DNA from: Chrysomallon squamiferum
Taxonomy: Eukaryota; Animalia; Mollusca
Assembly: GCA_012295275.1 (NCBI GenBank)
Contig: CM022673.1
Coordinates: 27,528,001 to 27,592,000, forward strand
Direction of reading: 5' to 3'
DNA: 64,000 nucleotides
The position numbers and the translations under genes were made by a program. Of this stretch, positions 58,271 through 64,000 are shown in pieces. Within the stretch, counting starts at the first letter, position 1. The number at the start of each line of letters is the position of its first letter. The notes beneath the pieces were generated by a model. The model ran no database searches, was not told the origin of the DNA, and saw nothing but the letters and a program-made list of their open reading frames with translations.

Positions 58271-60432
58271 GTAAGTGATTTAAAAAAAATCTTTTTGTTC
58301 TTTTTTTTTTTTTTTTTTTGGTACAAGTTATCATGCTGTTCTTATTAACAAATTTAATGAAATAATTGTCAATTTGTCTGAATGGTCAAAAAAAAAAAAA
58401 AAAAAAAAAAATGGAAGCACCATCATGACTGGTTCAAAAGCACTCTGTTATTTGTCTGTTCTTCCGTTTGTTCATATATCCACCTTTGAGTTAAACACAG
58501 AGGAAAAATAGGAATTTTATATAAATTATGAGTACAGATAAAAGCATTCTTAAATAAAAACCACAGCTTTATTTACAATATTGCCAGATATTATATATCT
58601 ATATATCTATATATATATATTTATCATCGTCGTTACTGACATGACGTTAGCTGCTGCAATGACAACAGCAGTCATGTCTAAATTTGAAAGCAACAACAGT
58701 GCTGCAAAACGCCCGCTGACAAAAATAATGAATCAGCACTAATCGATACAGAAAGATTGCTGTTATGGCGATTTTTTGATTCACGGGTTAATTAAAGTTC
58801 TGCAGACAGTTTATGTTGACAAACGGGAATTTCTCAGTGTTGCAGTTTCGAAGCGAACACACCTTTTGGTCGATGTAATTACAGCTGGGTATAGATTTGT
58901 CCAGTTCTGGTTTCGTTTCTACTCGTCATTTTTTATCTAATAATAAAACATTCAACTAATTAGCGACTAAACAACAGTCACGCACGCACGTCCATTTCAA
59001 GTGAACCACACGTAATCAGGTCATCCTATTCCATGACCTCTAAATCACTTCCTGAAAAAAAAAAAAAAAAATCTCCTAGAAGGTCGAATGATCGATTGTT
59101 GTTTGTTGCCAGAATCAGTGAATTTCCCGTTCCAGACAGCTATTTCGAAATCATTTAAAGAAGAAATTATTTTCGTATTATTTGAATTTGGATTTGATTA
59201 CTTTTGCATTAAATGTTTTGCTTATGGTGCAGTATATCTTTAACATTCTTCTGGGTATAGTATGATCATCGGTGCGTCAAAGACTTTGGTACGTCATGTC
59301 CTGTTTGAAAGATATTTTTTTATATTACAAGTCTTGAGTTGTTTATGGAATGATGAATGATACTATTTTAACTGAGAGTTAATAATTTAAAAATTATCTC
59401 TCAAATTTGATTCATAATAATCGTTAATTTTATTTTAAATAACAGAGTTCATAATTATAATCTTTTGTTTCTATATTGTAAAGTTATTAATTTGTTTGTC
59501 CCTAACGATCAATCTTTAATAACAATAAAGTATAATCAATGAAATTACAATCTCGTTAGGATTGGCGGATGCTTCATTTAGTATACAAAATTACAAGACC
59601 AAAATACTTTTATAGCCTGAGTAAATCGTTGCAAACTAACGCTATGCTCAGTCTATCAAGAATATTTGTTTAGCAATTTTTTATAATGTACTTTTGTCTT
59701 TTTCCTATGACTTTACGACTTTTTATTGTTTGTTATGTCTTTTTATTTTATAAAAGAAACGAAACACGCACACATAGACACACACACATACACACACATA
59801 TGTATTACGTAAGTTTATAGACATACAGAAAAAAAATTTGAACTAAAAATACATAAAACACATATAAATACGTTCACACACACACGTGTATATTTATACA
59901 TTTACACAAATAAACATTAATTAAACAATCACTAACACAATACACACAAATACAGCTATCCGTCTTTGGATTCGATTTCAATACATTCGTTCAATAGATT
60001 CTTTCAACTGCTTAAATCCTGTCTTTCAGTCGATCGATCGAAAAACTTTCCTTTCCTAAATATCTATTAGGTTAAAAAAAGTAAGTAAAAAAAATAAAAA
60101 AATAACTGTACAAAGATGTGTGAGGCTGCCAGAAGAACAGAAGACAATCAATACTCTACGTATAAAACATAAAGTGCAGGAGATCTTGTTTTCGAAAATA
60201 GGTCTTCTCTTTTATGTATGAAACCAAGAAATCCTTTTAACAAAATGATGTTTCTTTAGGTCGCTGCCCCTTTGTCCATTATTGAATTAAACACTGGATT
60301 GTCTCAGAGATATCGTGTTATCACAGGTCCATGTAGTCGCAGACTTTAACAGTTCTGGTATATATATATATGTCAAAATTAATCATAATTAAATACGAGG
60401 ACAGGTTTTTATAATGAAACGATAGAACAAAT

Positions 60433-60469
60433 GTATGTATGTATGTGTGTATGTATGTATGTATGTATG

Positions 60470-60503
<34 letters not shown>

Positions 60504-60693
60504 TATGTATGTTCATGTGTGTGTATTTATGAATATATGTATGTATGTATATGTATGTTCATGTGTGTGTATATATGAATGTATGTATGTATGTATGTAT
60601 GTATATGTATGCATGTATGTATGTATGTATGTATGTATGTATGTATGTATGTATGTATGTATGTATGTATGTATGTATGTATGTATGTATGTA
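60433..60693. repeat. (ATGT)n microsatellite
   Basis: Direct reading. Confidence 0.96.
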
Positions 60694-60930
60694 TTTTGTG
60701 TGTGTGTTTTTGTAAATGTCCTTGTGCATGCAAACATGAATCCAGCATTTCACAAAAAGTAAAATAGTATTATTGTGATGTATGCAACATTTAAGATAGA
60801 ATACGTTTTACTGTATCAAAAGGGTAAATATTAGTATTAATGTAAACTACTTGTAGTTATATCGAATGAAAAGTTTCCAAATGTCAAACTCATTTACAGT
60901 GATTAACATAAAATACAAATACATAGTCAT

Positions 60931-60936
60931 AGAGAG

Positions 60937-61032
<96 letters not shown>

Positions 61033-61042
61033 AGAGAGAGAC

Positions 61043-61095
<53 letters not shown>

Positions 61096-61152
61096 AAGAG
61101 AGAGACAGACATATATACAGAGAGAGAAATAGAGAGAGATAGAAAGAGAGAG
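60931..61152. repeat. (GA)n microsatellite, interrupted
   Basis: Direct reading. Confidence 0.96.
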
Positions 61153-61265
61153 ATACATATATACAGAATTAGACTCGAACAAGTTAGTAACTGTTAATAG
61201 ATACTTACATTCATACATACATACATACATACATACATACATACATACACACACATTAAACAAAT

Positions 61266-61300
<35 letters not shown>

Positions 61301-62570
61301 CAGAAATAAATTAAAGAATACAAACAAATAAAAACTAACAAAAGAAAAGAAGTTTACAGTGAGGGATCAGTTAATAAAACAACAACAACAGAAAACATGA
61401 ATTATTCATACACGGTGTAACAGTACACGTTATGACACACATTGTTCTGTGTCTGCACACGTGACGAAATCAATATGACATCCGTCAGTTCGACCCTGCT
61501 TCCGTTTACGACCGTGGAATAAAATCTGTGCTTTATCGGCCGAATAACGGATTCGCGACGCAGTTATACGTCCACGTTCTTTCAACACAGAGCACGGTCC
61601 ATTAACTGTAGTTTATCTAACGTAATAATCCATGAGTTATGATTCAAGGCGAGTGAAAAGTAAACTCAGTCTTTATTGACTTTTTATTATCATTGTCGTT
61701 CATTTCTTTTTTTTTCTTTTATATCCTTTCGTTTTTTAATTAATTTTTTTTTTATTTTATCATTTTCTTCTTTCTTTCTTCTTCACATTTTCTTTCGCTT
61801 GTTGACCATGTTCCTAAAAATGTGGATACAGACGCTTGAAATATTAATAAAATGTGAAATCACGGATATTAAATAAAATGTTGACATCCGATTTAACCTT
61901 GACTGTGAGCCAGAACGGGGATCCGCTATCTTTCCCTGCTGGTGGTAAAGATGATGTTTAACCAGTGGACTAAATAGGTTAGAGATAAATTCTTGAGGAA
62001 TAATTTTGTCGACTCAGTCTTAATGGACTTTTGTGATGTTAATGAAATAATTTCATTGATCCGCTGGTAGATACATTATCATTATAATTTTGTTATTGAA
62101 ACATTACACGATTTCCTAGAATCATCCAGTGGATGTAAAAACATGTTGAAGACTGATAAACAATCATAATAAGGTGAACGAATCAGCACCTTGTATATAT
62201 ATCTAAACATGTACGTATGTATCTGTGTGTTCGTGACGGTGCGCATGCGCCCGTCTCTGTGTAATATGTTTTATTAAAAAGTTCTGAAATGAACCGTAGA
62301 GTCATGTTACCATTTTTATAGCACTGCAAATCAATTTTTAATATTTTTAATTTATAATTTTTTTTTTTTATTAACCGTGTACTGACTTGACAGTATATCA
62401 ATATTTAATATTTTCTGAAAGGAAATAACAATACCTGGTTGCCGTGGTTTAATAAACAAGCGTAGATTGCACTAATAATGTTAAATTCGTGCTGCACGTG
62501 ATTTTCGGAAGAAAATCATCCGATGTTTAAACAGTCTTGCTAGAAGCTCGTTTTAATGGCGCTGAATAAA

Positions 62571-62648
62571 GCGGGGTTAAGGCGGGGTTGGGGCGGGGTT
62601 AAGGCGGGGTTGGGGGGGGGTTGGGGGCGGGGTTGGGTTGGGTTAAGG
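62571..62648 (+). repeat. G-rich 11 bp-unit minisatellite (GCGGGGTTRRG)n, G-quadruplex-competent
   Basis: More than eight runs of three or more G with short loops; contains several GGGGCGGGG/GGCGGGG GC boxes. Confidence 0.85.
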
Positions 62649-62888
62649 AAGAAGACTAAAGAGAAAAAACAACAATCCAACAAAACGAAAATAATAATAA
62701 TGTTGCTACAGAAATTAAAATAAAACAATATACAGCAATTAATTTTCGAAGATGACTAAAAATCAATATACAAAAAAAAAAAAATAAAATATATAAATAC
62801 AAATGTAAAAATATATATATACACATACACATACAAACACCTACACACATAGATACATAGATAAAATAAAAGGTTTGAATAATTAAAA

Positions 62889-62892
62889 TAAT

Positions 62893-62953
<61 letters not shown>

Positions 62954-62958
62954 GCAAC
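62889..62958. repeat. (CAA)n microsatellite
   Basis: Direct reading. Confidence 0.97.
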
Positions 62959-64000
62959 TTTTGAACTTGAACCTGTAACTGACCGAGGGAATCAATAAGA
63001 CTTCAATCGCCTTTTATAAACAATAACAAACAAATAATATAAAAAAATAAAAATAAATATAGCAATAAACGAGGAACAGAAAACAAAAATTCACACGACA
63101 CAATAAACGATACCGCTATGACGACCGAGTGCCAGTGCACTCGACAACGAAGTACAAACGAACGTCCTCGTAGTTTAATGAAATCTCAGTTGCAACGACC
63201 TTTGGAGTATCGAGAAGAACAAAGCAAGGAAAGGTAATTGCAAGTTTCTAAGGGCTTTCAGCAACCATATTACTTAAATTGCTGTGTTGAACACACGTCC
63301 TAATGATTTCTCAAGTTTTTCGGTGCACGCGATCTCCGTGCGATGGAATTCATACAAAGTCTGCGGGTTTTTGTTTTTTTTTGTTTTTGTTTTTTTCGTC
63401 AATCGTTATTGATTTTAAAAAAAAAAAGGAAAAAAGGAAAGATTTACGATAAAATGATGAGATGGAAAACTTCTGTCTTCCGATAGTTTGAGTTTAAAAA
63501 GATTAATGAGTTTCTGTTTTCAGTGGTTTCGGTTTTTATTCTTCTGATTTTGAAAAATTGGACGGGAACTCCGCATGTTTTGCCTGCACTCATGTGTGTT
63601 TGTGTGTCTGTGTGTGTGTGTTTGGCCGTATTTCTATCTATAGGTGTGTGTTGATGTGTGTTTGTAGATCATATTGTATACAGATATGTGTGTATATATT
63701 TGTGTATTTGTATATGTAAATAGTGTATAGGTCTCAGTGAATGCTTTTGTATGTCTTTGTATGTATTGGTTTTTATTTAAACAATTCCATACAGATCATT
63801 CTGAAATACTCTAAAGGGAAAAGCTGGTAGAAAATAGAGAGATTTAAAAAAAAAAAAAAAATAAGGAAAAAATCAAGACACAAAATATATTACCTGAAAA
63901 AACTACAACAACAGCAGCAACAACAGCAACAACAACAACAAAAATACGAATATAAAATAACGTGATGCAATTAAATCTCGATCAATCACAGTAGAACTAG

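Noticed and set aside
61905-61980. Minus-strand tRNA/SINE head
   Set aside because: Only an A-box-like tagtccactggttaa; the B box is unconvincing
62571-62648. Interstitial telomeric repeat
   Set aside because: No TTAGGG units; the period is 11 bp

Overview
AT-rich, microsatellite-saturated eukaryotic non-coding DNA. It is probably molluscan (gastropod-like); this is inferred from degenerate MetaSINE-like fragments and the repeat landscape. I recognise no intact protein-coding gene, RNA gene or CRISPR array, and nearly all ORFs in the track are translations of simple repeats. Supported structure: (1) a ~2.2 kb tandem duplication (21060-22531 / 23140-24715) with three collinear minus-strand exon-like blocks, read as a pair of decayed multi-exon pseudogenes; (2) a ~1.5 kb element bounded by ~95 bp terminal inverted repeats (29632-31107) and a ~220 bp MITE (23756-23976); (3) a 262 bp near-perfect tandem duplication and a 39 bp exact dispersed repeat; (4) a degenerate ~60 bp-period array of GTAACC/X-box-like palindromes (41388-42047) behind a GC-box/YY1-like segment; (5) several compact motif clusters: a duplicated FOX+CRE module, an ETS+E-box+perfect DR4 module, and an NRF1/E-box/G-quadruplex module; (6) SINE relics. 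All alignments were done by eye, and coordinates of degenerate features are approximate.
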